Shown here piece by piece: positions 1 through 13,600 of a stretch of DNA of 64,000 nucleotides. How positions within the stretch are numbered: the stretch's first letter is position 1; each line of letters begins with the position of its first letter. Origin of the DNA: Eledone cirrhosa (lineage: Eukaryota); NCBI GenBank assembly GCA_964016885.1, contig OZ024743.1:218798001-218862000 (forward strand), given 5' to 3'. The position numbers were made by a program, and so were the translations under genes. The notes beneath the pieces are model-generated. The model ran no database searches. It saw nothing but the letters and a program-made list of their open reading frames with translations, and was not told where the DNA came from.

Positions 1-1699
1 TAAGTGAGGTGAGGTGTGTGTGAAACAGAGGTGAGGTGTGTGTGAAAGTAAGGTGAGGTGTGTGTCAAAGTGAGGTGAGGTGTGTGTGAAAGTGAGGTGA
101 GGTGTGTGTGAAAGTGAGGTGAGATGTGTGTGAAAGTGAGGTGAGGTGTGTGTTAAAGTGAGGTGAGGTGTGTGTGAAAGTAAGGTAAGGTGTGTGTGTA
201 AGAGAGGTAAGGTGTGTGTGAAAGTGGGGTGAGGTGTGTGTGAAAGAGAGGTGAGGTGTGTGTGAAAGTAAGGTAAGGTGTGGGTGAAAGTGAGGTGAGG
301 TGTGTATGAAAGAGAGGTGAGGTGCGTGAAATTGAGGTGAGGTGTGAAAGTGAGGTGAGGTGTGAGGGTGAGGTAAGGTGTGTGTGAAAGTGAGGTAATG
401 TGTGTGTGAAAGTGAGGTGAGGTGCGTGTGAAAATGATGTGAGGTATGTGTGAAAGTGTGGTAAGGTGTGTGTGAAAGTGAGGTGAGGTGTGTGTGAAAG
501 TGAGGTGAGGTGTGTGTGTGAAAGAGAGGTCAGGTGTGTGTGAAAAAGAGGTCAGGTGTGTGTGAAAGAGAGGTGATGATTGGGTGAAAGTGAGGTGAGG
601 TGTGTGTGAAAGACAGGTCAGGTGTGTGTGAAACAGAGGTAAGGTGTGTGTGAAAGTGAGGTAAGGTGTGTGTCAAAGTGAGGTCAAGTGTGTGTGAAAG
701 AGAGGTCAGGTGTGTGTGAAAGTGAGGTGAGGTGTGTGTGAAAGTGAGGTATGTGTGAAAGTGAGGTGAGGTGTGTGTGAAAGTGAGGTGAGGTGTGTGT
801 GAAAGTGAGGTGGTGTGTGTGTGAAAGTGAGGTGAGGTGTGTGTGAAAGGGAGGTAAGGTGTGTGTGAAAATGATGTGAGATGTGTGTGAAAGGGAGGTA
901 AGGTGTGTGTGTGAAAGTGAGGTAAGGTGTGTGTGTAAGAGAGGTGAGGTGCGTGTGAAAGTGAGGTAAGGTGTGTGTGAAAGTGAGGTGAGGTGTGTGT
1001 AAAAGTGAGGAAAGGTGTGTGTGAAAGTGAGCAAGGTGTGTGTGAAAGTGAGGTAAGGTGTGTGTGAAAGTGAGGTAAGGTGTGTGTGAAAGTGAGGTGA
1101 GGTGTGTGTGAAAGAGAGGTGAGGTGTGTGTGAAAGTAAGGTAAGGTGTGGGTGAAAGTGAGGTGAGGTGTGTGTAAAAGTGAGGTAAGGTGTGTGTGAA
1201 AGTGAGGTGAGGTGTGTGTGTAAGTGAGGTGAGGTGTGTGTGAAACAGAGGTGAGGTGTGTGTGAAAGTAAGGTGAGGTGTGTGTGAATGTGAGGTGAGG
1301 TGTGTGTGAAAGTGAGGTGAGGTGTGTGTGAAAGTGAGGTGAGGTGTGTGTGAAAGTGAGGTGAGGTGTGTGTTAAAGTGAGGTGAGGTGTGTGTGAAAG
1401 TAAGGTAAGGTGTGTGTGTAAGAGAGGTAAGGTGTGTGTGAAAGTGGGGTGAGGTGTGTGTGAAAGTGAGATCAGGCGTGAGTGAAACAGAGATCAGGTG
1501 TGTGTGAAAGAGAGGTCAGGTGTGTGTGAAAGTGAGGTGAGGTGTGTGTAAAAGTGAGGTGAGGTGTGTGTGAAAGTGAGATAGGTGTGAGTGAAAGAGA
1601 GGTGAGGTGTGTGTGAAAGAGAGGTGAGGTGTGTGCGAAAGTAAGGTGAGGTGTGTGTGAAAGTGAGGTGAGGTGTGTGTAAAAGTGAGGTAAGGTGTG

Positions 1700-4600
1700 T
1701 GTGAAAGTGAGGTGAGGTGTGTGTGAAAGTGAGGTGAGGTGTGTGTGTAAGTGAGGTGAGGTGTGTGTGAAACAGAGGTGAGGTGTGTGTGAAAGTGAGG
1801 TGAGGTGTGTGTGAAAGTGAGGTGAGGTGTGTGTAAAAGTGAGGTGAGGTGTGTGTGAAAGTAAGGTAAGGTGTGTGTGAAAGTGAGGTGAGGTGAGTGT
1901 GAAAGTGAGGTAAGGTGTGTGTGAAGGTGAGGTGAGGTCTGAAAGTGAGGTGAGGTTTGAAAGTGAGGTAAGGTGTGTGTGAAAGTGAGGTGAGGTGTGT
2001 GTGAAAGAGAGGTGAGGTGTGTGTGAAAGTGAGGTGGAGTGTGTGTGAAAGTGAGGTGGAGTGTGTGTGAAAGTGAGGTGAGGTGTGTGTGAAAGAGAGG
2101 TAAGGTGTGTGTGAAAGAGAGGTGAGGTGTGTGTGAAAGTGAGGTGAGGTGTGTGTGAAAGAGAGGTGAGGTGTGTGTGAAAGTGAGGTGAGGTGTGTGT
2201 GTGAAAGAGAGGTCAGGTGTGTGTGAAAGAGAGGTGATGTTTGGGTGAAAGTGAGGAGAGGTGTGTGTGAAAGTGAGGTGAGGTGTGTGCGAAAGTGAGG
2301 TGAGGTGTGTGTGAAAGACAGGTCAGGTGTGTGTGAAACAGAGGTAAGGTGTGTGTGAAAGTGAGGTAAGGTGTGTGTCAAAGTGAGGTGAGGTGTGTGT
2401 GAAAGAGAGGTCAGGTGTGTGTGAAAGTGAGGTGAGGTGTGTGTGAAAGTGAGGTATGTGTGAAAGTGAGGTGAGGTGTGTGTGAAAGTGAGGTGAGGTG
2501 TGTGTGAAAGTGAGGTGGTGTGTGTGTGAAAGTGAGGTGAGGTGTGTGTGAAAGGGAGGTAAGGTGTGTGTGAAAATGATGTGAGATGTGTGTGAAAGGG
2601 AGGTAAGGTGTGTGTGAAAGCGAGGTGAGGTGTGTGTAAAAGTGAGGAAAGGTGTGTGTGAAAGTGAGCAAGGTGTGTGTGAAAGTGAGGTAAGGTGTGT
2701 GTGAAAGTGAGGTAAGGTGTGTGTGAAAGTGAGGTGAGGTGTGTGTGAAAGAGAGGTGAGGTGTGTGTGAAAGTAAGGTAAGGTGTGGGTGAAAGTGAGT
2801 GAGGTGTGTGTAAAAGTGAGGTAAGGTGTGTGTGAAAGTGAGGTGAGGTGTGTGTGTAAGTGAGGTGAGGTGTGTGTGAAAGAGAGGTCAGGTGTGTGTG
2901 AAAGAGAGGTCAGGTGTGTGTGAAAGTGAGGTGAGGTGTGTGTTAAAGTGAGGTGAGGTGTGTGTGAAAGTAAGGTAAGGTGTGTGTGTAAGAGAGGTAA
3001 GGTGTGTGTGAAAGTGAGGTGAGGTGTGTGTAAAAGTGAGGAAAGGTGTGTGTGAAAGTGAGCAAGGTGTGTGTGAAAGTGAGGTAAGGTGTGTGTGAAA
3101 GTGAGGTAAGGTGTGTGTGAAAGTGAGGTGAGGTGTGTGTGAAAGAGAGGTGAGGTGTGTGTGAAAGTAAGGTAAGGTGTGGGTGAAAGTGAGGTGAGGT
3201 GTGTGTAAAAGTGAGGTAAGGTGTGTGTGAAAGTGAGGTGAGGTGTGTGTGTAAGTGAGGTGAGGTGTATGTGAAAGAGAGGTCAGGTGTGTGTGAAAGA
3301 GAGGTCAGGTGTGTGTGAAAGTGAGGTGAGGTGTGTGTTAAAGTGAGGTGAGGTGTGTGTGAAAGTAAGGTAAGGTGTGTGTGTAAGAGAGGTAAGGTGT
3401 GTGTGAAAGAGAAGTGAGGTGTGTGTGAAAGTGAGGTCAGGTGTGTGTAAAAATGATGTGGGGTGTGTGTGAAAGTGTGGTAAGGTGTGTGTGAAAGTGA
3501 GGTGAGGTGTGTGTGAAAGTGAGATCAGGCGTGAGTGAAACAGAGGTCAGGTGTGTGTGAAAGAGAGGTCAGGTGTGTGTGAATGTGAGGTGAGGTGTGT
3601 GTGAAAGAGAGGTGAGGTGTGTGTGAAAGAGAGGTCAGGTGTGTGTGAAAGAGAGGTCAGGTGCGTGTGAAAGAGAGGTGATGTTTGGGTGAAAGTGAGG
3701 TAAGGCGTGTGTGTAAGAGAGGTGAGGTGTGTGTGAAAGAGAGGTGAGGTGTGTGTGAAAGTGAGGTGAGGTGTGTGTGAAAGTGAGGGGAGGTGTGTGT
3801 GAAAGTGAGGTGAGGTGTGTGTGAAAGTGAGGTAAGGTGTGTGAAAGTGAGGTGAGGTGTGTGTGAAAGTGAGGTAAGGTGTGTGTGTAAGAGAGGTGAG
3901 GTGTGTGTGAAAGTGAGGTATGTGTGAAAGTGAGGTGAGGTGTGTGTGAAAGTGAGGTGAGGTGTGTGTGAAAGTGAGGTGGTGTGTGTGTGAAAGTGAG
4001 GTGAGGTGTGTGTGAAAGGGAGGTAAGGTGTGTGTGAAAATGATGTGAGATGTGTGTGAAAGGGAGGTAAGGTGTGTGTGAAAGTGAGGTGAAATGTGTG
4101 TAAAAGTGAGTGAGGTGTGTGTGAAAGTGAGGTAGGTGTGAGTGAAAGAGAGGTGAGGTGTGTGTGAAAGAGAGGTGAGGTGCGTGTGAAAGTAAGGTAA
4201 GGTGTGGGTGAAAGTGAGGTGAGGTGTGTGTAAAAGTGAGGTAAGGTGTGTGTGAAAGTGAGGTGAGGTGTGTGTGTAAGTGAGGTGAGGTGTGTGTGAA
4301 ACAGAGGTGAGGTGTGTGTGAAAGTAAGGTGAGGTGTGTGTGAAAGTGAGGTGAGGTGTGTGTGAAAGTGAGGTGAGGTGTGTGTGAAAGTGAGGTGAGG
4401 TGTGTGTGAAAGTGAGGTGAGGTGTGTGTTAAAGTGAGGTGAGGTGTGTGTGAAAGTAAGGTAAGGTGTGTGTGTAAGAGAGGTAAGGTGTGTGTGAAAG
4501 TGGGGTGAGGTGTGTGTGAAAGAGAGGTGAGGTGTGTGTGAAAGTGAGGTGAGGTGTGTGTGAAAATGATGTGGGGTGTGTGTGAAAGTGTGGTAAGGTG

Positions 4601-7600
4601 TGTGTGAAAGTGAGGTGAGGTGTGTGTGAAAGTAAGATCAGGCGTGAGTAAAACAGAGGTCAGGTGTGTGTGAAAGAGAGGTCAGGTGTGTGTGAATGTG
4701 AGGTAAGGTGTGTGTGAAAGAGAGGTGAGGTGTGTGTGAAAGAGAGGTCAGGTTTGTGTGAAAGAGAGGTCAGGTGCGTGTGAAAGAGAGGTGATGTTTG
4801 GGTGAAAGTGAGGAAAGGTGTGTGTGTAAGAGAGGTGAGGTGTGTGTGAAAGAGAGGTGAGGTGTGTGTGAAAGTGAGGTGAGGTGTGTGTGAAAGTGAG
4901 GGGAGGTGTGTGTGAAAGTGAGGTGAGGTGTGTGTGAAAGTGAGGTAAGGTGTGTCAAAAGTGAGGTGAGGTGTGTGTGAAAGTGAGGTAAGGTGTGTGT
5001 GTAAGAGAGGTGAGGTGTGTGTGAAAGTTAGGTAAGGTCTGTGTGAAAGTGAGGTGAGGTGTGTGTGAAAGTGAGGTAAGGTGTGTGTGAAAGTGAGGTG
5101 AGAGTGAGGAAAGGTGTGTGTGAAAGTGAGGTGAGGTGTGTGTGAAAGAGAGGTAAGGTGTGTGTGAAAGTGAGGTGAGGTGTGTGTGAAAGTGAGGCAA
5201 GATGTGTCTGAGAGTGAGGTGAGGTGTGTGTGAAAGTGAGGTAAGGTGTGTGTGAAAGTGAGGTGAGGTGTGTGTGAAAGTGAGGTGAGGTGTGTGTGAA
5301 AGTGAGGAAAGGTGTGTCTGAGAGTGAGGTGAGGTGTGTGTGAAAGTGAGGTAACGTGTGTGTGAAAGTGAGGTGAGGTGTGTGTGGAAGTGAGGTGAGG
5401 TGTGTGTGTAAGAGAGGTGAGGCGTGTGTGAAAGTGAGGTAAGGTGTGTATGAAAGAGAGGTGAGGTGCGTGAAAGTGAGGTGAGGTGTGAAAGTGAGGT
5501 GAGGTGTGAGGGTGAGGTAAGGTGTGTGTGAAAGTGAGGTAATGTGTGTGTGAAAGTGAGGTGAGGTGCGTGTGAAAATGATGTGAGGTATGTGTGAAAG
5601 TGTGGTAAGGTGTGTGTGAAAGTGAGGTGAGGTGTGTGTGAAAGTGAGGTGAGGTGTGTGTGTGAAAGAGAGGTCAGGTGTGTGTGAAAGAGAGGTCAGG
5701 TGTGTGTGAAAGAGAGGTAATGTTTGGGTGAAAGTGAGGAGAGGTGTGTGTGAAAGTGAGGTGAGGTGTGTGCGAAAGTGAGGTGAGGTGTGTGCGAAAG
5801 TGAGGTGAGGTGTGTGTGAAAGACAGGTCAGGTGTGTGTGAAACAGAGGTAAGGTGTGTGTCAAAGTGAGGTGAGATGTGTGTGAAAGTGAGGTGAGGTG
5901 TGTGTGAAAGTGAGGTAAGGTGTGTGTGAGAGTGAGGTGAGGTATGTGTGAGAGTGAGGTGAGGTGTGTGTGAAAGTGATGTAAGGTGTGTGTGAAAGTG
6001 AGGGGAGGTGTGTGTGAAAGTGAGGTGAGGTGTGTGTGGAAGTGAGGTGAGGTGTGTGTGAAAGTGAGGTAAGGTGTGTGTAAAAGTGAGGAAAGGTGTG
6101 TGTGAAAGTGAGCAAAGGTGTGTGTGAAATTGAGGTGAGGCGTGTGTGAAGGTGAGGTAAGGTGTGTGTGAAAGTGAGGTAAGGTGTGTGTGAAAGTGAG
6201 GTGAAATGTGTGTAAAAGTGAGGTGAGGTGTGTGTGAAAGTGAGGTAGGTGTGAGTGAAAGAGAGGTGAGGTGTGTGTGAAAGAGAGGTGAGGTGTGTGT
6301 GAAAGTGAGGTGAGGTGTGTGTGAAAGTGAGGTGAGATGTGTGTGAAAGTGAGGTGAGGTGTGTGTTAAAGTGAGGTGAGGTGTGTGTGAAAGTAAGGTA
6401 AGGTGTGTGTGTAAGAGAGGTAAGGTGTGTGTGAAAGTGGGGTGAGGTGTGTGTGAAAGAGAGGTGAGGTGTGTGTGAAAGTGAGGTGAGGTGTGTGTGA
6501 AAATGATGTGGGGTGTGTGTGAAAGTGTGGTAAGGTGTGTGTGAAAGTGAGGTGAGGTGTGTGTGAAAGTAAGGTAAGGTGTGGGTGAAAGTGAGGTGAG
6601 GTGTGTATGAAAGAGAGGTGAGGTGCGTGAAATTGAGGTGAGGTGTGAAAGTGAGGTGAGGTGTGAGGGTGAGGTAAGGTGTGTGTGAAAGTGAGGTAAT
6701 GTGTGTGTGAAAGTGAGGTGAGGTGCGTGTGAAACTGATGTGAGGTATGTGTGAAAGTGTGGTAAGGTGTGTGTGAAAGTGAGGTGAGGTGTGTGTGAAA
6801 GTGAGGTGAGGTGTGGGTGTGAAAGAGAGGTCAGGTGTGTGTGAAAGAGAGGTCAGGTGTGTGTGAAAGAGAGGTGATGTTTGGGTGAAAGTGAGGTGAG
6901 GTGTGTGTGAAAGACAGGTCAGGTGTGTGTGAAAGTGAGGTGAGGTGTGTGTGAAAGTGAGGTATGTGTGAAAGTGAGGTGAGGTGTGTGTGAAAGTGAG
7001 GTGAGGTGTGTGTGAAAGTGAGGTGGTGTGTGTGCGAAAGTGAGGTGAGGTGTGTGTGAAAGGGAGGTAAGGTGTGTGTGAAAATGATGTGAGATGTGTG
7101 TGAAAGGGAGGTAAGGTGTGTGTGTGAAAGTGAGGTAAGGTGTGTGTGTAAGAGAGGTGAAGTGCGTGTGAAAGTGAGGTAAGGTGTGTGTGAAAGTGAG
7201 GTGAGGTGTGTGTAAAAGTGAGGAAAGGTGTGTGTGAAAGTGAGGTAAGGTGTGTGTGAAAGTGAGGTAAGGTGTGTGTGAAAGTGAGGTGAGGTGTGTG
7301 TGAAAGAGAGGTGAGGTGTGTGTGAAAGTAAGGTAAGGTGTGGGTGAAAGTGAGGTGAGGTGTGTGTAAAAGTGAGGTAAGGTGTGTGTGAAAGTGAGGT
7401 GAGGTGTGTGTGTAAGTGAGGTGAGGTGTGTGTGAAACAGAGGTGAGGTGTGTGTGAAAGTAAGGTGAGGTGTGTGTGAAAGTGAGGTGAGGTGTGTGTG
7501 AAAGTGAGGTGAGGTGTGTGTGAAAGTGAGGTGAGGTGTGTGTGAAAGTGAGGTGAGGTGTGTGTTAAAGTGAGGTGAGGTGTGTGTGAAAGTAAGGTAA

Positions 7601-10600
7601 GGTGTGTGTGTAAGAGAGGTAAGGTGTGTGTGAAAGTGGGGTGAGGTGTGTGTGAAAGTGAGATCAGGCGTGAGTGAAACAGAGATCAGGTGTGTGTGAA
7701 AGAGAGGTCAGGTGTGTGTGAATGTGAGGTGAGGTGTGTGTGAAAGAGAGGTGAGGTGTGTGTGAAAGAGAGGTGAGGTGTGTGTGAAAGTGAGGTGAGG
7801 TGTGTGTAAAAATGATGTGGGGTGTGTGTGAAAGTGTGGTAAGGTGTGTGTGAAAGTGAGGTGAGGTGTGTGTGAAAGTGAGATCAGGCGTGAGTGAAAC
7901 AGAGATCAGGTGTGTGTGAAAGAGAGGTCAGGTGTGTGTGAAAGAGAGGTCAGGTGGGTGTGAAAGAGAGGTGATGTTTGGGTGAAAGTGAGGTTAGGCG
8001 TATGTGTAAGAGAGGTGAGGTGTGTGTGAAAGAGAGGTGAGGTGTGTGTGTGAAAGTGAGGTGAGGTGTGTGTGAAAGTGAGGGGAGGTGTGTGTGAAAG
8101 TGAGGTGAGGTGTGTGTGAAAGTGAGGTAAGGTGTGTGAAAGTGAGGTGAGGTGTGTGTGAAAGTGAGGTAAGGTGTGTGTGTAAGAGAGGTGAGGTGTG
8201 TGTGAAAGTGAGGTAAGGTGTGTGTGTAAGAGAGGTGAGGTGTGTGTGAAAGTGAGGTAAGGTCTGTGTGAAAGTGAGGTGAGGTGTGTGTGAAAGTGAG
8301 GTAAGGTGTGTGTGAAAGTGAGGTGAGGTGTGTGTGAGAGTGAGGAAAGGTGTGTGTGAAAGTGAGGTGAGGTGTGTGTGAAAGTGAGGCAAGGTGTGTC
8401 TGAGAGTGAGGTGAGGTGTGTGTGAAAGTGAGGTAAGGTGTGTGTGAAAGTGAGGTGAGGTGTGTGTGAAAGTGAGGTGAGGTGTGTGTGAAAGTGAGGA
8501 AAGGTGTGTCTGAGAGTGAGGTGAGGTGTGTGTGAAAGTGAGGTAAGGTGTGTGTGAAAGTGAGGTGAGGTGTGTGTGGAAGTGAGGTGAGGTGTGTGTG
8601 TAAGAGAGGTGAGGCGTGTGTGAAAGTGATGTAAGATGTGTGTGAAAGAGAGGTGAGGTGTCTGTGAAAGTGAGGTGAGGTGTGTATGAAAGAGAGGTGA
8701 GGTGTGTGAAGTGAGGTGAGGTGTGAAAGTGAGGTGAGGTGTGTGGGTGAGGTAAGGTGTGTGTGAAAGTGAGGTAATGTGTGTGTGAAAGTGAGGTGAG
8801 GTGCGTGTGAAAATGATGTGAGGTACGTGTGAAAGTGTGGTAAGGTGTGTGTGAAAGAGAGGTCAGGTGTGTGTGAAAGAGAGGTCAGGTGTGTGTGAAA
8901 GAGAGGTGATGTTTGGGTGAAAGTGATGAGGGGTGTGTGTGAAAGTGAGGTGAGGTGTGTGCGAAAATGAGGTGAGGTGTGTGTGAAAGACAGGTCAGGT
9001 GTGTGTGAAAAAGAGGTAAGGTGTGTGTGAAAGTGAGGTAAGGTGTGTGTCAAAGTGAGGTGAGGTGTGTGTGAAAGTGAGGTGAGGTGTGTGTGAAAGA
9101 GAGGTGAGGTGTGTGTGAAAGTGAGGTATGTGTGAAAGTGGGGTGAGGTGTGTGTGAAAGTGAGGTAAGGTGTGTGTGTAAGAGAGGTAAGGTGTGTGTG
9201 AAAGTGGGGTGAGGTGTGTGTGAAAGTGAGATCAGGCGTGAGTGAAACAGAGATCAGGTGTGTGTGAAAGAGAGGTCAGGTGTGTGTGAAAGTGAGGTGA
9301 GGTGTGTGTAAAAGTGAGGTGAGGTGTGTGTGAAAGTGAGATAGGTGTGAGTGAAAGAGAGGTGAGGTGTGTGTGAAAGAGAGGTGAGGTGTGTGCGAAA
9401 GTAAGGTGAGGTGTGTGTGAAAGTGAGGTGAGGTGTGTGTAAAAGTGAGGTAAGGTGTGTGTTAAAGTGAGGTGAGGTGTGTGTGAAAGTGAGGTGAGGT
9501 GTGTGTGTAAGTGAGGTGAGGTGTGTGTGAAACAGAGGTGAGGTGTGTGTGAAAGTGAGGTGAGGTGTGTGTGAAAGTGAGGTGAGGTGTGTGTAAAAGT
9601 GAGGTGAGGTGTGTGTGAAAGTAAGGTAAGGTGTGTGTGAAAGTGAGGTGAGGTGAGTGTGAAAGTGAGGTAAGGTGAAGGTGAGGTGAGGTCTGAAAGT
9701 GAGGTGAGGTTTGAAAGTGAGGTAAGGTGTGTGTGAAAGTGAGGTGAGGTGTGTGTGAAAGAGAGGTGAGGTGTGTGTGAAAGTGAGGTGGAGTGTGTGT
9801 GAAAGTGAGGTGAGGTGTGTGTGAAAGAGAGGTAAGGTGTGTGTGAAAGAGAGGTGAGGTGTGTGTGAAAGTGAGGTGAGGTGTGTGTGAAAGAGAGGTG
9901 AGGTGTGTGTGAAAGTGAGGTGAGGTGTGTGTGAAAGTGAGGTGAGGTGTGTGTGTGAAAGAGAGGTCAGGTGTGTGTGAAAGAGAGGTGATGTTTGGGT
10001 GAAAGTGAGGGGAGGTGTGTGTGAAAGTGAGGTGAGGTGTGTGCGAAAGTGAGGTGAGGTGTGTGTGAAAGACAGGTCAGGTGTGTGTGAAACAGAGGTA
10101 AGGTGTGTGTGAAAGTGAGGTAAGGTGTGTGTCAAAGTGAGGTGAGGTGTGTGTGAAAGAGAGGTCAGGTGTGTGTGAAAGTGAGGTGAGGTGTGTGTGA
10201 AAGTGAGGTATGTGTGAAAGTGAGGTGAGGTGTGTGTGAAAGTGAGGTGAGGTGTGTGTGAAAGTGAGGTGAGGTGTGTGTGTAAGTGAGGTGAGGTGTG
10301 TGTGAAACAGAGGTGAGGTGTGTGTGAAAGTGAGGTGAGGTGTGTGTGAAAGTGAGGTGAGGTGTGTGTAAAAGTGAGGTGAGGTGTGTGTGAAAGTAAG
10401 GTAAGGTGTGTGTGAAAGTGAGGTGAGGTGAGTGTGAAAGTGAGGTAAGGTGTGTGTGAAGGTGAGGTGAGGTCTGAAAGTGAGGTGAGGTTTGAAAGTG
10501 AGGTAAGGTGTGTGTGAAAGTGAGGTGAGGTGTGTGTGAAAGAGAGGTGAGGTGTGTGTGAAAGTGAGGTGGAGTGTGTGTGAAAGTGAGGTGGAGTGTG

Positions 10601-13600
10601 TGTGAAAGTGAGGTGAGGTGTGTGTGAAAGAGAGGTAAGGTGTGTGTGAAAGAGAGGTGAGGTGTGTGTGAAAGTGAGGTGAGGTGTGTGTGAAAGAGAG
10701 GTGAGGTGTGTGTGAAAGTGAGGTGAGGTGTGTGTGTGAAAGAGAGGTCAGGTGTGTGTGAAAGAGAGGTGATGTTTGGGTGAAAGTGAGGAGAGGTGTG
10801 TGTGAAAGTGAGGTGAGGTGTGTGCGAAAGTGAGGTGAGGTGTGTGTGAAAGACAGGTCAGGTGTGTGTGAAACAGAGGTAAGGTGTGTGTGAAAGTGAG
10901 GTAAGGTGTGTGTCAAAGTGAGGTGAGGTGTGTGTGAAAGAGAGGTCAGGTGTGTGTGAAAGTGAGGTGAGGTGTGTGTGAAAGTGAGGTATGTGTGAAA
11001 GTGAGGTGAGGTGTGTGTGAAAGTGAGGTGAGGTGTGTGTGAAAGTGAGGTGGTGTGTGTGTGAAAGTGAGGTGAGGTGTGTGTGAAAGGGAGGTAAGGT
11101 GTGTGTGAAAATGATGTGAGATGTGTGTGAAAGGGAGGTAAGGTGTGTGTGAAAGTGAGGTGAGGTGTGTGTAAAAGTGAGGAAAGGTGTGTGTGAAAGT
11201 GAGCAAGGTGTGTGTGAAAGTGAGGTAAGGTGTGTGTGAAAGTGAGGTAAGGTGTGTGTGAAAGTGAGGTGAGGTGTGTGTGAAAGAGAGGTGAGGTGTG
11301 TGTGAAAGTAAGGTAAGGTGTGGGTGAAAGTGAGTGAGGTGTGTGTAAAAGTGAGGTAAGGTGTGTGTGAAAGTGAGGTGAGGTGTGTGTGTAAGTGAGG
11401 TGAGGTGTGTGTGAAAGAGAGGTCAGGTGTGTGTGAAAGAGAGGTCAGGTGTGTGTGAAAGTGAGGTGAGGTGTGTGTTAAAGTGAGGTGAGGTGTGTGT
11501 GAAAGTAAGGTAAGGTGTGTGTGTAAGAGAGGTAAGGTGTGTGTGAAAGTGAGGTGAGGTGTGTGTAAAAGTGAGGAAAGGTGTGTGTGAAAGTGAGCAA
11601 GGTGTGTGTGAAAGTGAGGTAAGGTGTGTGTGAAAGTGAGGTAAGGTGTGTGTGAAAGTGAGGTGAGGTGTGTGTGAAAGAGAGGTGAGGTGTGTGTGAA
11701 AGTAAGGTAAGGTGTGGGTGAAAGTGAGGTGAGGTGTGTGTAAAAGTGAGGTAAGGTGTGTGTGAAAGTGAGGTGAGGTGTGTGTGTAAGTGAGGTGAGG
11801 TGTGTGTGAAAGAGAGGTCAGGTGTGTGTGAAAGAGAGGTCAGGTGTGTGTGAAAGTGAGGTGAGGTGTGTGTTAAAGTGAGGTGAGGTGTGTGTGAAAG
11901 TAAGGTAAGGTGTGTGTGTAAGAGAGGTAAGGTGTGTGTGAAAGAGAAGTGAGGTGTGTGTGAAAGTGAGGTCAGGTGTGTGTAAAAATGATGTGGGGTG
12001 TGTGTGAAAGTGTGGTAAGGTGTGTGTGAAAGTGAGGTGAGGTGTGTGTGAAAGTGAGATCAGGCGTGAGTGAAACAGAGGTCAGGTGTGTGTGAAAGAG
12101 AGGTCAGGTGTGTGTGAATGTGAGGTGAGGTGTGTGTGAAAGAGAGGTGAGGTGTGTGTGAAAGAGAGGTCAGGTGTGTGTGAAAGAGAGGTCAGGTGCG
12201 TGTGAAAGAGAGGTGATGTTTGGGTGAAAGTGAGGTAAGGCGTGTGTGTAAGAGAGGTGAGGTGTGTGTGAAAGAGAGGTGAGGTGTGTGTGAAAGTGAG
12301 GTGAGGTGTGTGTGAAAGTGAGGGGAGGTGTGTGTGAAAGTGAGGTGAGGTGTGTGTGAAAGTGAGGTAAGGTGTGTGAAAGTGAGGTGAGGTGTGTGTG
12401 AAAGTGAGGTAAGGTGTGTGTGTAAGAGAGGTGAGGTGTGTGTGAAAGTGAGGTATGTGTGAAAGTGAGGTGAGGTGTGTGTGAAAGTGAGGTGAGGTGT
12501 GTGTGAAAGTGAGGTGGTGTGTGTGTGAAAGTGAGGTGAGGTGTGTGTGAAAGGGAGGTAAGGTGTGTGTGAAAATGATGTGAGATGTGTGTGAAAGGGA
12601 GGTAAGGTGTGTGTGAAAGTGAGGTGAAATGTGTGTAAAAGTGAGTGAGGTGTGTGTGAAAGTGAGGTAGGTGTGAGTGAAAGAGAGGTGAGGTGTGTGT
12701 GAAAGAGAGGTGAGGTGCGTGTGAAAGTAAGGTAAGGTGTGGGTGAAAGTGAGGTGAGGTGTGTGTAAAAGTGAGGTAAGGTGTGTGTGAAAGTGAGGTG
12801 AGGTGTGTGTGTAAGTGAGGTGAGGTGTGTGTGAAACAGAGGTGAGGTGTGTGTGAAAGTAAGGTGAGGTGTGTGTGAAAGTGAGGTGAGGTGTGTGTGA
12901 AAGTGAGGTGAGGTGTGTGTGAAAGTGAGGTGAGGTGTGTGTGAAAGTGAGGTGAGGTGTGTGTTAAAGTGAGGTGAGGTGTGTGTGAAAGTAAGGTAAG
13001 GTGTGTGTGTAAGAGAGGTAAGGTGTGTGTGAAAGTGGGGTGAGGTGTGTGTGAAAGAGAGGTGAGGTGTGTGTGAAAGTGAGGTGAGGTGTGTGTGAAA
13101 ATGATGTGGGGTGTGTGTGAAAGTGTGGTAAGGTGTGTGTGAAAGTGAGGTGAGGTGTGTGTGAAAGTAAGATCAGGCGTGAGTAAAACAGAGGTCAGGT
13201 GTGTGTGAAAGAGAGGTCAGGTGTGTGTGAATGTGAGGTAAGGTGTGTGTGAAAGAGAGGTGAGGTGTGTGTGAAAGAGAGGTCAGGTTTGTGTGAAAGA
13301 GAGGTCAGGTGCGTGTGAAAGAGAGGTGATGTTTGGGTGAAAGTGAGGAAAGGTGTGTGTGTAAGAGAGGTGAGGTGTGTGTGAAAGAGAGGTGAGGTGT
13401 GTGTGAAAGTGAGGTGAGGTGTGTGTGAAAGTGAGGGGAGGTGTGTGTGAAAGTGAGGTGAGGTGTGTGTGAAAGTGAGGTAAGGTGTGTCAAAAGTGAG
13501 GTGAGGTGTGTGTGAAAGTGAGGTAAGGTGTGTGTGTAAGAGAGGTGAGGTGTGTGTGAAAGTTAGGTAAGGTGTGTGTGAAAGTGAGGTGAGAGTGAGG